A stretch of 62,104 bases of DNA, counting the filler, from Basidioascus undulatus (taxonomy: Eukaryota), in the NCBI GenBank assembly GCA_000826855.1. It is 3 parts of 3 records of this genome, joined end to end, with 100 filler letters (N's around TTAATTAATTAA, not from the genome) between each part and the next. Parts side by side here need not be neighbours in the genome. Positions count along the whole stretch, not along the records: positions 20,756 to 41,385 come from JTLS01000364.1; 2 more parts are not named here. One strand, written 5' to 3'. The position numbers and the translations under genes are program-made. This document shows, piece after piece, positions 23,211 to 35,538 of this stretch (the stretch's first letter is position 1; every line of letters begins with the position of its first letter). The notes beneath the pieces are model-generated. The model made no database searches, was not told the DNA's origin, and worked only from the letters and a program-made list of their open reading frames with translations.

Positions 23211-24266
23211 TCAAGGCGTCGCCTTCAAAAAGTCCTCCACCTTAGCCGGCGCCCAATCCGGCCAGAGCTTGTTGTCGGGCTCGCCCACAACGCCCTTGCC
23301 GGTCGTCCACTGCAGGAGGAGGTAGGAAATGAAGTCGCCCGGGTTGGCCTTGACCTTCTCCTGCAGCTCCTCAAGCGGCGTCCAGTGCTGCTCGAGCTTC
23401 ACGCCGGGGTGGGTGGACTCGTAGATTGCGACGGTGTCCTGCAAAATATGAACAGAAAACAGAAAACAAGTTAACGTCAGCGTTCGGCAGCTCGAGCAAA
23501 GACAGAAGGGCCAAAGACGCACCTTGAAGCTCTGCTTGTCGCCCTCAAGACGGAGGATCTTGGGCGGGGACGTGGAGGTGGTGAGGATGTGGACGAGGAA
23601 CCGCGCAGCGTCCTTGCGCGCGGTGAACGAGATCGGCTTGTCGCCAGGCGCAGGGAGCGACACTTTCTTGTTGGCGAAGTCGTAGCCAGCAAACCTTGAA
23701 AGAGCCACAGTCACATGGTCAGCCTTAGAGACGATGCTGGGCGTGGACTAGGCAAGCAAGTACTCACGGCTGGAAGATGGTGTCGGAGAAGGGACCCGTG
23801 AACGTGAGCGTGTAGGGGAGCCCGAGCTTGTCGAGGTGCTCATGCAGCTTTGTCTTGCCGACGAGCAGGCCCTCGGTGAGCCCGACCGTCGGGTTCCCGA
23901 ACTCGGACGGAACGAAGTGCTTCACGCCCGCCTTCTTGGCCGCATCCGCAAGCGCAGGCTGCACGGCGAACCCGCCGAACCCGAGGGTGGAGATGACGAC
24001 GTCGACGCCCTTGAGGGCAGACTCGAGGGACTCGGGCGAGGAGTAGTCGACAGAGACGGCTTGGGCGGGAGAGGGGAAGGCCTTGGAGGACTGCATGTGT
24101 AGAGATCCAGGGTAAGCAACTAGATCCTATCGGCATGATTGAGAGAGGAGCGCACGTCGGGACGAGTAAGCACTTTGACTGCGATGCCCTTCTTAGCAAA
24201 CTCCTCGACGACGAACTGGCCGAGGCCGCCAGCACCGGCGACTGCGAAAGAGGTGAATCCAGACAT
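23211..24266 (-). CDS. NmrA-like / isoflavone-reductase-like NAD(P)-binding protein
   Basis: FAVAGAGGLGQFVV Rossmann motif, ALKGVDVVISTLG, AAKKAGVKHFVPSEFG, FTGPFSD, GDKPISFTARKDAARF, NKLWPDW; 4 GT-AG introns. Confidence 0.92.
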
Positions 24267-26239
24267 AGTTTCAATGTTGAGGTCAGTTGGTATCTAGTGG
24301 ATGTGAAGGAATGTGGATGGGGGAAAGCCACAGCCCACGACCGCTGGCGCTTTAAGTAGATACTTGCGACCGGTCGGCTGACGCAGCCCGGACTGTTGCT
24401 CGCGAGCACACTAGAAGGTGATGGCGAGCTTCTCGAGGTCCTTCCGCGTGCTCTGTAAGCGCAGAAACAGAACGTACAAACAATAGAAGGGGCCACCGCG
24501 TGATTTGGGATGAGGAGTTGTCAGCCAGCGTCAGCACTCTCACGTAAGTGCATACGCGATTGACTTCCATTGGAGACAAATGGATAAATCCCCTCTCAAT
24601 GATTGTCTCAGGATTAATCATGGCTTGGACACCGAGCTCGAGAGTACGCGAAACCTTACAATGCAGCCTGGCGATAGGCATCGAGCGCAAAGCCCGCTTT
24701 GATGTAGCGTAATAGGCTCACTGTACAGCTGTTGACGTTGTCGTGCACCCAAAATTTGAAAGACAAGATGTTTCTCGCAATTAAGTCCTGGGGCTTGTGA
24801 TAGCCAAGGGCATTGCGAACTGGGTGACCTGAATTACTCTCGAACGAGGGCTGTGCCAAAGCCCAACACCAAGAGGCTCACACGGACTTTCAACCGCATG
24901 GACAAGACCGCATTTTTCAAAGATTACTTACACACGAGGTACAGCCTCTCGATGGCGAAAGTCTAACCAGCGCGCTACTGCAAGCGATGTTCGCGAGGAG
25001 GGAGTCTGGTACAGTTTTCCTCCTCTTCAATGGACCGACCCTTGCATAAAAGCCTTCAAAGCTATATTTGACGCACAGCCAGGTACATGCCCTGTGCGGC
25101 CTTGAGAGAGGGTGGAAACCGACCAATGCACGATGCATGAGCGTGTTGACGTGACAAACTCGAACAGCCTCCCCTCCCGTTCCTCCTCCTTAACACATAA
25201 ATGACAACTCCACCACAATTACCACCAGTCTTCACCTCATCCAGACGTACTCCAGGGGTCCTCAGCGCCGGACTCCCCGAACCAGCAAAGGCGACATCGC
25301 GTAGACTGAAGGTGAATTGACCCAAGAAGGACCATTAATTATCAGTCTGCATCTGCATCCCTCAAAGGCAACGCGTAGTGGTGATTTCCCACTCCTTCGT
25401 CGCCACTCCCTTTGTGTTTCGAGTGCGGCAGACAATGCACGCTGCGCCGCAATACTTCCTTTCAACCTCTTCTTCTTCCGTCTCTGGTCTTCCGTTCTCT
25501 CACAATGGTGTACGACGGTCGTTTAATGCCGTTCGTTTCCTTTCATTACTCTCGAACGGGTGCAATTGTGCTCGCACCGCCTTTCGGCGGGAATCAAGTG
25601 CTGTGCGCCGCACCGATTCCTTTTATCCTCGTCTCTATCTTTCGGCTCTCTCACTAGGATACATGATTATCTTAATTGTGTCGTTTCTAGTTACTTTCAT
25701 CTCAGTGGAAATGGACGTACTCGCACGTCCTTCTGTGCTGCCTGCTGCGCACCCATTTCCGTCTTCCTTTCAAACTCGTCTGTCGCTGCTCGGTTCTTTC
25801 AGGCGGGCGGATGATGGTCCTCTTTCACTTCAACTGTCCTTTCATCTCTTTGGAACGGGTGGTCTGGCACACCTTTTGGGCGGGCAAAGACCCTTCAGTC
25901 GCATCGCAGGTTCCACCCACTCCTCATTCCTCTTCGCACTGCACGTCACACCCGACTATCCGCTGGCGGAGCACTGATATCCTCAACCCTTTAATCCCTT
26001 AATCACTCGAACGACCCTTCACGTATCGCATCTCGTATCCTCCATCGCGCAGCGCATCGCATCGCAGCACGACCCGTCCATCCATCGCACGACTTTAATC
26101 TCCATCTCACCTCGCCGTCCCATATCCGGTGCCGGCCACCACGACTACCACCACTACTACCATTACCACCTTTAATCCCCAAGCCACAACCCGCACGAAC
26201 CCCCCCCTCCCGGGACCCACACGCCCACACCTACGCAAA

Positions 26240-26461
26240 ATGACGACCACCATGTCCAACCCGCTCTCCGCCCGTCCCTCCGCGCAGCAAACCCCCTCCA
26301 CCCCCTCCACCCCAACGAAGCACATCAAGTTCGCCGACCACCCTGCACCCGTCTGTCCTCCCGCACCTGGCGCGGCGCGCACGCTGATGAGTGCGCCGGC
26401 GTCGCCGTCGCCGGAGCCACGTGCGGGGGCTGGGAGGAAGGGGGATATGTGCTTGGCTTAG
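26240..26461 (+). CDS. Candidate 73-aa Ser/Thr/Pro-rich microprotein
   Basis: aaaATG context, GC3-biased codons, a long pyrimidine-rich leader upstream; MTTTMSNPLSARPSAQQTPSTPSTPTKHIKFADHPAPVCPPAP...DMCLA*. Confidence 0.5.
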   Translation: MTTTMSNPLSARPSAQQTPSTPSTPTKHIKFADHPAPVCPPAPGAARTLMSAPASPSPEPRAGAGRKGDMCLA

Positions 26462-26963
26462 AGTGGAGTGAATTGTGCATGGCTATAGGAAGACCGCAGA
26501 AGGAGAAAGATTGGATCATGTTGCTTATACAGTGATCCACATGTGTCCGTGAAATGTGTGTCTGTGTCTCTCAGCCTTGAATCAGAAGGGACATGGAATA
26601 GTGAAGTCGAGGAGGTTCATAAGAAGTGAGTGAAGCGCAGGCGGGAAACAGATAGTGCTTTCGCGAAATAGCGACGGATGTGAGCAAGCATGATGAGGCG
26701 AGGCGTTAGGACATGAGACAAAGCGGTGTGCAGGATCGGAAGGGGTCTGACCGCGAGCATGAACCGAATTTGACAGGACCCCAAAGAAGGCGTTTCGATC
26801 GAGGATCGAGGTTAAGTTCGAAGTTATAGAATGACCATGAGCGGCAGCACCCTTCCAGAGAGAAACCAGACCCGACCCCACGCGAAAAGGAAAGATTCGC
26901 AAACTCGCCAATCGCACAACATCGACTCCCCCGGGTATCATGCGGCCACCATGCCCGTGCTCC

Positions 26964-27461
26964 TCATCCCGCCTCTGCCGCAGCTGGCTCGCCTGGAAGT
27001 AGGCCTCGCCCTTGTGGACCGGACTCAGTGGCAGTAACTGAATGGCGAGCAGCTCTAGTGAGCAAACGCCGGCGAGACGGACGACGGAAGGGGGAGAAGC
27101 GCACCCCATGGTCTGCGGTCCATCGGGCACTGACCCTTGGATGACTCCGTAGAGATCCACTTGAGGAGGCAGCTGGCGATGGGGGTCAGCCGCGCCGTCT
27201 GCTGAGGGTGCGAGTGACTTACTGCATATGGAATGCATGGGAACACTGGCCCCATACTGTTCCGCCCTCATTCATGAGCTCCTGCAGCGCCACAAACACC
27301 TCGACAAAGGACGCACTCAGCGGGCAATCGTCGCCCGGTATGGAGCACGCTGGGCACGCGCCGTCGAAGGGGTTGTGGCAGATGCCGCAAACGTCGTCGT
27401 CGTCGCGCAAGTTCCAGCCCCAGACGACAATCGGGTGCCACGACTTGATCTTCACCTTCAT
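26964..27461 (-). CDS. APC11: Anaphase-promoting complex RING-H2 subunit 11; 4 exons
   Basis: MKVKIKSWHPIVVWGW..DDVCGICHNPFDGACPACSIPGDDCPL|WGQCSHAFHMH|CLLKWISTESSKGQCPMDRRPW. Confidence 0.95.
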
Positions 27462-27731
27462 CTGACGTGGCTATGGAATAGGGCTGGAAAGGAAAGACGC
27501 GACGGGGACGCGATCGTGGGCAGTCCCAGAACCGTAACCTACATTGTGTGGGAGTTGCGGCCCACGGTTCGCATCCGGCAAAGGGCAACTCGTGCTTTTC
27601 CCTCTCGCCGTCATACTCGACGTCCCTCGCCATCCCAGCTCACCCGAATTATCAACCACTACTACAGGCAAATCGAACCGAATCAAAATCAATTATTCAC
27701 TGATTTTCGGTGCTGAGACGCGGTCGCCGCC

Positions 27732-30700
27732 ATGCTCGTTCTCGACTCGCTCATCAAATCCTGCCTCGAGGAGCTTGCGATGGACGGGGATTGGGGTGAG
27801 CAGATTGGCCTTGCTTTACGGCGTTTTGTTCTGTGGAAGGAGGTTGGGGAGGTGCTGGATTATGGTCGAGGTAGCTGCCCCGCGATGGATTCGGGAAGCC
27901 CGCCCAAATGACGGACGCGACGCAGACGCGTTTCGACGTGATGGACCGGGCTTCGAATCCCAACGGGGTGGCAGATTATCGCTGGAGGTCTGACAGAGAA
28001 GCAGAAATACATTCTCTAAAATACAACTACATCCAAGAAACAGCCAACTGACGCCTCTCCTTCTCCAGGCTGCGACATCCCCACGCTCCTCTCGCACCTC
28101 CTCCCGCCCGCGCCCGCGCCGCCGCTCTCCTCCGACCCCGCCCTGACGTCCTACCTCTGGTCGCTCCTCGTCGCGCAGCCGTCCTTCCAAGTCGGGCTCG
28201 CGACTCCCGAGCTGCAAAAGGCACTCCGCGGGGAGGCGCCCCCGCTAAAGAAGGGCGAGGAGCCGCCGGAGCTGTTTGAGCTCCTCCAGGGCGAGGACCG
28301 CGAGGGCGGCCTGGACGCGCTGCGCGAGCGCTGGGGGACGCGCCTCCGCGTGAGGGTCGACAAAGAGACGTGCTTTGTGACGATTACGGGGTCGCATGTC
28401 CGGGTGCGTAGCGCTGAGGAGACGGCGTGGATGGTCGGGGCTGATTGTTGGAGGGAATGGGACAGCCCGCTCGTCTGTCCCACCACGTCTACACATGCTT
28501 GCAGCTCGTCAGCCGCGGAAGGCAGAAGGGCATGACCGTCATCGACCTCGGCCGCGCGACGGGCTTCGACCAGAAAAGCATCTTTTACTTTGTCAAGTGT
28601 CTTGTCGAGATGCAGCTTGTGTGCGTTTCCTCCCACACCCACTCTTAGACTCCTCTCTCATACCATGCTTTTCCACAGCGCCAAGATGCGCACGACGTAC
28701 AACAAAGCGTGGACGAACCTGGTCGTGCACCGGCGCTTCCTCGGTGACTGCCCGCAGTACCAAGCGCACCAAGCCGAGGACGCCGTCGCCGCCGCCGGAC
28801 TGCGCTCGGACGACGAGGGCGAGGGCGGGGACGAGAACGCGAACGCGGAGGGCGAGGACGTCGGGGACGGCGACGAGGGGATCACGTTCACGCCGCTGAC
28901 GAACGAGCACCTGGCAAACAAGGCGCTCCTCCGCGCGCGCATCCTCAGCCTCCTCCGCGCGAGCAAGCACGGCGTCATCCTCCACCGCCACATCCTCGTC
29001 CGCATCGTGCGTCGCCTCCCTCTCTCCCTTTTCGCGCTGGGCTGACGGCGAGCAACAGGGCTACGCGAACCCGAACCGCCCCGCGCGGCGCTTCTTCACG
29101 CGCTTCATCCAGGGCCTCATCAGCGAGGGCGTGATCGAACGCGTCGGCGTGCCCTCCCCGCGCAGTTCCGGTCGGATCCTCAGCTGCCTCCGCTTCCCCG
29201 GCGGGCCCACCACTCTCGAGGGCGCCGCGCTGCCGGAGGACGTCAAAGAGGACGACGAGGAGGTTGAAGGAGAGGAGGAGGAGGTCCAGAAGGACTTTGA
29301 GCGCGGGGTGGGCGTCGTCGCGAATACGACGCTTGAGCGGCAGATGGTGGATCTGCTCATCGAGGCGGACACAGCTGGGATGACGTTCTCGGTGTGTCTT
29401 TCCTACATCCACAGTCTCACTCGAGGTACCAAGTGCTAAAATGGGCATCTCTTTCCCGAACGCAGGACATCCGCTCCGCCCTCTCCTCGATCAACAAGCG
29501 CACGATCGAAGCGATCATCACGCGCCTCGAAGTCGAGCCGCCACCACCGCACCTCGCCGACCTCTCCGTCTGCTCCGTAATGGAGACGCTCGGGCGCGAG
29601 CGGCGCCAGCGGTACTTCACTAAGCCAGCGTACGCGCGGCTCTGCGTGCGCGAGGGGATCGCTGTCGAGGGCGACACTGCGGCGCCGGAGCCCGGGTCGA
29701 CGGGTGGCTTCGCGGAGTGGGACGCGGACGCGGGTGTTTCGAGCGCCCGGGAGCTCAAGAAGTGGGTGGGCGGGATCGATGTTTCGACCCAGAATAGCGG
29801 GGGGAGGAAGAAGGGCGGCAGGAAGAGCACGGGAACGCCCGCGGAGAAGAAGCCCCGCGGTAGGCCGAGGAAGTACGAGCGGGATGAGAATGGGAAGCCG
29901 ATTGTGCCAGGCAAGGCTACGCCGAAGCTGAGGCCGAGCAAGAGGCGGAAGGTGCAGGAGCAGGAGCAGCAGGAGGGTGAGGAGGGACAGGCAGTCGAGC
30001 AGCCTGGGCTGGATGAGTGGGTGGATGCGGAGCCGGGTGCGGAGCCGGGTGCGGAGGTACGTGGTGGGAGACGATGTGGTTTGGCGTTTGGATGGCGCGC
30101 TCATTGGTTCGTGAAAGTAGGCTTCCACTTCCGCTACGCCCGCTCAGGTTCGCCTTGCTTCACATTCCACTTCTTCGCCTGAACACGACGCTTACCACTA
30201 CCCACCTGGTCACCAGCCGTCCTCCTCCGCCCTCCCCACGTCGGCTGCCTCCCCTTCGGCTGCCACCGCGGCCACGCCGACGCCCGCCCCAGGTCGCAAG
30301 CGCGGTCGCGCATCCAAGGGGAACCTCGCCGTCTCCTCGCCCGCCCAGTCTACGCCGGCGCCCGCATCAGCGCCGAAGAAGCGTGGCCGCCCCTCCAAGG
30401 CGGACCTCGCTGCTCGCGCGGCCGCCGCCGAGGCCGCTGGTGGAGCTTCCCCATCCACCCCCGCTCCCGAGTCGCGGACGGAGCCCGAGGGGCCCGAGCC
30501 TGAGTCGGAAGACGAGCAGCAGCCGCAACCGCAGTTTGAGACGGGAGAAGCCGAGCCTGCACCCGCATCGGCGAGGGACAAGGGGAAGGGAAGGGCGGTG
30601 GAGCCGCAGGACGACGCTGGGGCGGAGCAGGAGCAGACACCGATGGACGTCGACGGCGACGGACAAGAACAGCCCGCTCTCGCTCCGGAACCGGCACCCA

Positions 30701-33700
30701 CGCCTGCTCGTCCGCAAGCTCTTGCCATCGCGACGCCCACCGCAACGCCGTCCGGGTCGCGCGCGGCGGCACTCGCCATGCCCCCGCCGAGTACGACGCG
30801 CTCTGCGCGCTCGAAGCAGATCGACCTTCCGAAGCCGCGCGGGGCGCCTCGCCGTATGTCCCGCACGCCGTCTGCTTCGCCGGCACCGTTCCAGACACCG
30901 CGGCAGGCCACGCCTTCACCATTTGCGACCCCCGGTCCCTCGACGCTTGCTGGTACGTGTTATAATTCTTTTTTGGTTGACGGACCATCATGCTGATGGT
31001 GATCGCTGCTGCAGGTACGCCACTCAAGCCCGTTGGTGGCATGGCTCGCACTCTCCGGTCGCTTCCCCGGACGGACTTGACCAAGCAGCGCCGCGAGAAC
31101 GAGATCCTCTACATCCTCGACAAACACGGCGGCGTCCTCGAGGGCGGGCCCAACCTCGTCAAGCTCCATGCCGAGTTCAACGACGAGCAGGCCTCGCGCA
31201 CGGCCGCGGAGGGCTCGCAGCAGAAGCACGTCCACGGCACGCGCATCGACAAGAAGACTCTCACGTCTGCGCTGGAGGGCCTCGGCCGCCGCGGGCTCGT
31301 CAAGGAGCTCATCATCCAGGTCCCCGGCATCGGCGGGACGTTCCACCGCCGCAGCGTCGTGTACAAGACGGACCTCGACCCGGCCTCGCCCGAGGTCCGC
31401 GCCGTCGTCGCCGAGCTGCGCCACCGGCTCACACACACCGTGCACCGCCCGCGGGCGAAGAAGATGCTCGCGGACGGCGCGAACTTTGACCGGCCGACCG
31501 AGCAGTGGTACCTAGACGGCGCGCCCCAGGCGACCAAGGTCAACGTCCTTGCGCTGCCCGAGAACCCTCAGGACCCGGCGCAGGCCGACGCCGTGCGCGA
31601 GATTCTCCTCACCGAGTGGCGCACCTGCGCGCAGCAGTATGGCTACATCATCGGAAAAGTTGCGCGCCTCCGCCAGCTGCACCTCAGCTTGGTCGACGAG
31701 CTCCAGCGCCCGCACGCGGAGCGCGCGTCGAGCCTCGTCTCGGCCGAGCAGCGCATTTTCAGCATCGACTACTTCTCCGTCGACCTCCCGCTCGAGGTCC
31801 ACCTCCGGACCGCCGCGCTCACGGTCGACGCACCGCACGTGCTCGAGCAGTTGTCGACCCTCGAGGGCCGCCGCGCTCGCGTGGGTACGCTGCCCAGGCA
31901 GATGCGAGAGGTCGCCCAGATCGCGCACGGGCACCACCGCGCGCGCCTCGAAGAGCTCCTCCGCACGCTCATCAACTTGCGCATCATCGTCCCCCTCCAA
32001 GCCGCGACGTCGCCCACGCCCTACCTCAACCTGGGCCCCGTGGCGTTCGGCAGGCCGACCGCGTACGATACCGCGTACGGCAAAGAGTTCCCGAGCTACT
32101 TTCAACTCGCGCAGAGCGTCCCCCTCTTCGCGTTCAGCGTCGAGGGCGCCCCCTTCATCGGCGCATCGCCTACCACCAACTCGATCGAGGTGACGACCTA
32201 CTGGGCCAAGCTCGAGCAGGGCGCGTTCAAAAAGCAGCTGGAGGACGGGCCAGCTCCTGTCGCGCCCGAAGGCTACCCGCAGGCGTTCGAGGGCCCGGAG
32301 TCGCTGGTCAGGTCGCTCAAGCGCCCGCATACGTGGCGCCCCGGCTACGCGCTCTCGCCGACACAGAAGGTCTTCCTGGAGGAGTTCGTCGACTATCGCC
32401 AGGCGCAGACGCCGCTGCAGGACGAGGCTGCGCTCAAGCGCATCGCTCACGCCAGCGTCGTCCCGATCGACTTCCTTCGCGAGTACTTCGCAAACGCGGG
32501 GGAGCGCGCGCATGTGTACAAGGTGCGCATCGAGGCGAAGGAGGGCAAGGCTGCGCGCAAGCGCGAGCAGGAGGCCAAGGCCCGCGACCGCAAGCTCGCG
32601 GACGAGGCGAAGAATCGGATCGCCGCTAAGGCCGCCGAGGCCAAGGCGCAGCTCGAGAACGACTGGACCGCGATCCTCCGGCGCGTGCTAAGCGAGACGC
32701 CGGAGCTGAGCGCGACGTTGGTCGACGACGAGGCGTTCACGTCCACGAAGGAGAAGTTCATCAGCTCGAGTGGGCACACCGAGATCAGCGCGTTCGAGGC
32801 GCAGATCCGCGCGGCAGCCAAGCGGTCGCGTAGGGCGGCGACGCCAGCGGGAACAGCGACGCCCGGGACCGCTGCGACCCCGGCGCGGGCGGCGAAGACG
32901 ACGATGCCCGTGCGCGCGCGAAAGAAGGCGTCCCAGTATATCCTCAAGCATCCGGTCCAGACGCCGCAGGGCAAGTCGGTCGCGTCTCTGGTGGAGGACC
33001 AGAACGACAGGGGTACGTGTAACTCGATGAGACTCGCTCAGTCCGGAATTCTGATCCATCACTTCGCAGACATTGAGCTACCCGCTGCCGACTCTGCGCG
33101 GAAGCGCCGCCGCCGGTTCCAGTGGACGCCGGATCTCGACGAGCTCGCGCGGGACACGATCGCGATCGTCCGCGCGCGCACGCGCGAGGGTAATCGCATT
33201 AACTTCGGCGCCATCACGCAGGTCTTCCCGCACATCACGGTGACGACGTTCCGTACGCACATCAAGGCGCTTTCGCAGCGCCTCGGCGAAGAGGGCTATC
33301 TCTCTCGCCTCGAGGACGCCTGGTACGAGCTCTGGGTCGACCAGCGCGGGACAGACGAGCTGCCCGATCCGGACCTGAGGGACATGGCGACGTTCGACCT
33401 CGCTGCGCACATTGAGTGCCTCCGGAAGCACATCGATAAGCGTGCTCTGTGCGTGCAGCTCATAGTTCTTCATCATTTGGCGTTGTACCTCAGCGCTGAC
33501 TTCTTAGTCATTACCCCTTATTCTCAGCTGGCTCGGTACCTCCTCGCAGATCACGCCGTCTGAACCCCCGCCCGAGATGCCACTCGACGTCTCGAGTCTG
33601 CTGGCCAAGTACCGTGTCGTCGACTCGGAGGTGACCGACGCGGATCCCTTCGTCAAGCTCTTCGAGAACGTCACCTCCGACGTCAACCGCGAGAAGCTCT

Positions 33701-35295
33701 ACCAGTCTCATGCGCTGGCCGTGGCGCCCTTGTCGACATCCGCATCTACTGATGTGGCAGCGCAGGCTGCTGCTCCTGAGCACTACCTTGCGAAATCCGC
33801 GATCAAGGTAACTAGCTGGCTGTTGTTGGCATCGAGCGAGTTTTAGTTGACCTGTGGCCTTGTTTGCAGGGCACCGTCGCCGTCCCCGAAGGCGAATACG
33901 ACGTGCAGGCGGCAACCGATCTCCTGCAATCCATCGGCGAGAACGCATTCAACCCTGCGCTCGCAGAGCTCATCGACAGCGGCATTCTCATGCGCATCCA
34001 GACCGACCGCGCTCAGCCTGGCCGCACCTACAAGTTCACGGAGACGTACGTTGTGCTACTGTTCAAGGCAGATGTGCCCCACCACTAACGCCTGCAGGTT
34101 TGCAGGTTCAACAACTGCGTCGACGGCGCAATGCCCGTCACCTTCGCGGAAGGCGTCGCCGAGGCGGAGGAGATGATCGAGCGCGAGGACTGGATGACTT
34201 GGCCGCTGGTCGCGCCGGACACGACGCACGCCGCGTTGCTGCATTCTATCTCGGAGGATCTGGTGCGTGACATCCCTGGCCCATGTTGCTGCTTGCAATA
34301 AGTCTGACCTGCCCATCCTGGCAGCTCGAGGTCGAGATCGACGTTAGCGATATCGTACTCGTCGGAGATCTTAACAGCCGCAAGATCGGTGCGTCCATTC
34401 TTCAAACGACTTTAGAAGCCCCCTCTTGACAGCTCAGTAACCTGGCAGACGACGACGAGCTCGAGGGCGCCGTGCATGTTCGTCTCAACCATGACAAGAG
34501 CCCCTTCATTCTCCCCGACGTTCTGCCTCGCCGGACCGATGCCGAAAGGGCGCTCGGCGAGGAGAGCGAGGAGTCGCGCTGGTCTGCGGTCGAGACGCTC
34601 GCCGCGAACGAGGACAGCCGTCGTCTGCTGGTCGAGCTGCGGAGCATCTTGCAACAGAAGGGCGAAGTCGGCGCGACGAAGGAGGATATCGAAGTACGTC
34701 GTGTGCCACAGTGTCTCTTCAGGGTGCAGCGAAGGTGCTGACTGATGAACGCTCAGACGGATATCTCGCCAGCGGCGCTCGAGCTTATTCCTCTCGTCAT
34801 CGGTGGCACGTCGCCAGCCGCCTTCCTCGCTGGCTACGACCGTCCCCGTCTTGTCTCGTCCGCTTTCGCTTCAAGCTGGGTAATCACCTTCCCTGGCGTC
34901 GGCAAGCGCGCGCCCCGCCTCTGGCTCGACCTGCACGGTGACACCAACCACGCGGCCTGGCAGAAGGCGATCGTGTCCGTCTTCGGCTGGCTAACATTCA
35001 GGCCGGGAATGATCGAGGTATTTTGCATCCTCTATCTAGTCCGCAGTTCTTGAGTTCGTTTCGTTGACGGCCTTTGGTACCCTTGCAGGCAAAGCTGCGA
35101 GAGCGCCTCCGTCTCGCCTACGACCGCCTCGAGTTCTCCGACGTCGTCGACACGCTGATCGAGGCCGGCCTGATCGAGCGCCGCTTCACGGATGGCCAAG
35201 ACCCGGGCCCGTTGCGGTCGCTTGCCGACGAGTCGCGCGCTTTCCTCGTCATGAAGGGCGCTGGCTTCAACACGCTCATGCCGAGCAAGCCGTAA
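27732..35295 (+). CDS. TFC3: RNA polymerase III transcription factor TFIIIC B-block-binding large subunit (Tfc3/Sfc3/GTF3C1-like), multi-exon
   Basis: N-terminus MLVLDSLIKSCLEELAMDGDWG; LQLVSRGRQKGMTVIDLGRATGFDQKSIFYFVK winged-helix segment; IDKKTL; QQYGY; RRRFQWTPDLDELARD; EGYLSRLEDAWYELW; C-terminal PRLWLDLHG...RPGMIE. Confidence 0.87.
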
Positions 35296-35538
35296 CCCCC
35301 TACTCCATATGTTTATTCTTGTTTCGCTTAACGTACCATTTCTTCTGGTCCTGAGTTGTTATTTCTTGGCTATATCGACTTTCACATTGCTTGTATTTCC
35401 AGCTTGAACTCACGCATGGCGACTCATTGCAACAGGCGTGCTGTGTGCGTGCCCATCAGACGCGGCTTTCGTCTCTTTGATACAACATTCGACATCCCAA
35501 AGGTTCATGTATTGATCCCGGCACCTCGATACAGCATT

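Noticed and set aside
26441..26461. Possible CaaX/pheromone-like ending (DMCLA*)
   Set aside because: Only two residues follow the Cys, so it is not a CaaX box.
30017..33062. Long overlapping and antisense ORFs (30017-31489, 31505-32629, 31512-32513 and others)
   Set aside because: These are shadow frames of GC-rich TFC3 exons with Arg/Pro/Ala-rich composition and no motifs.
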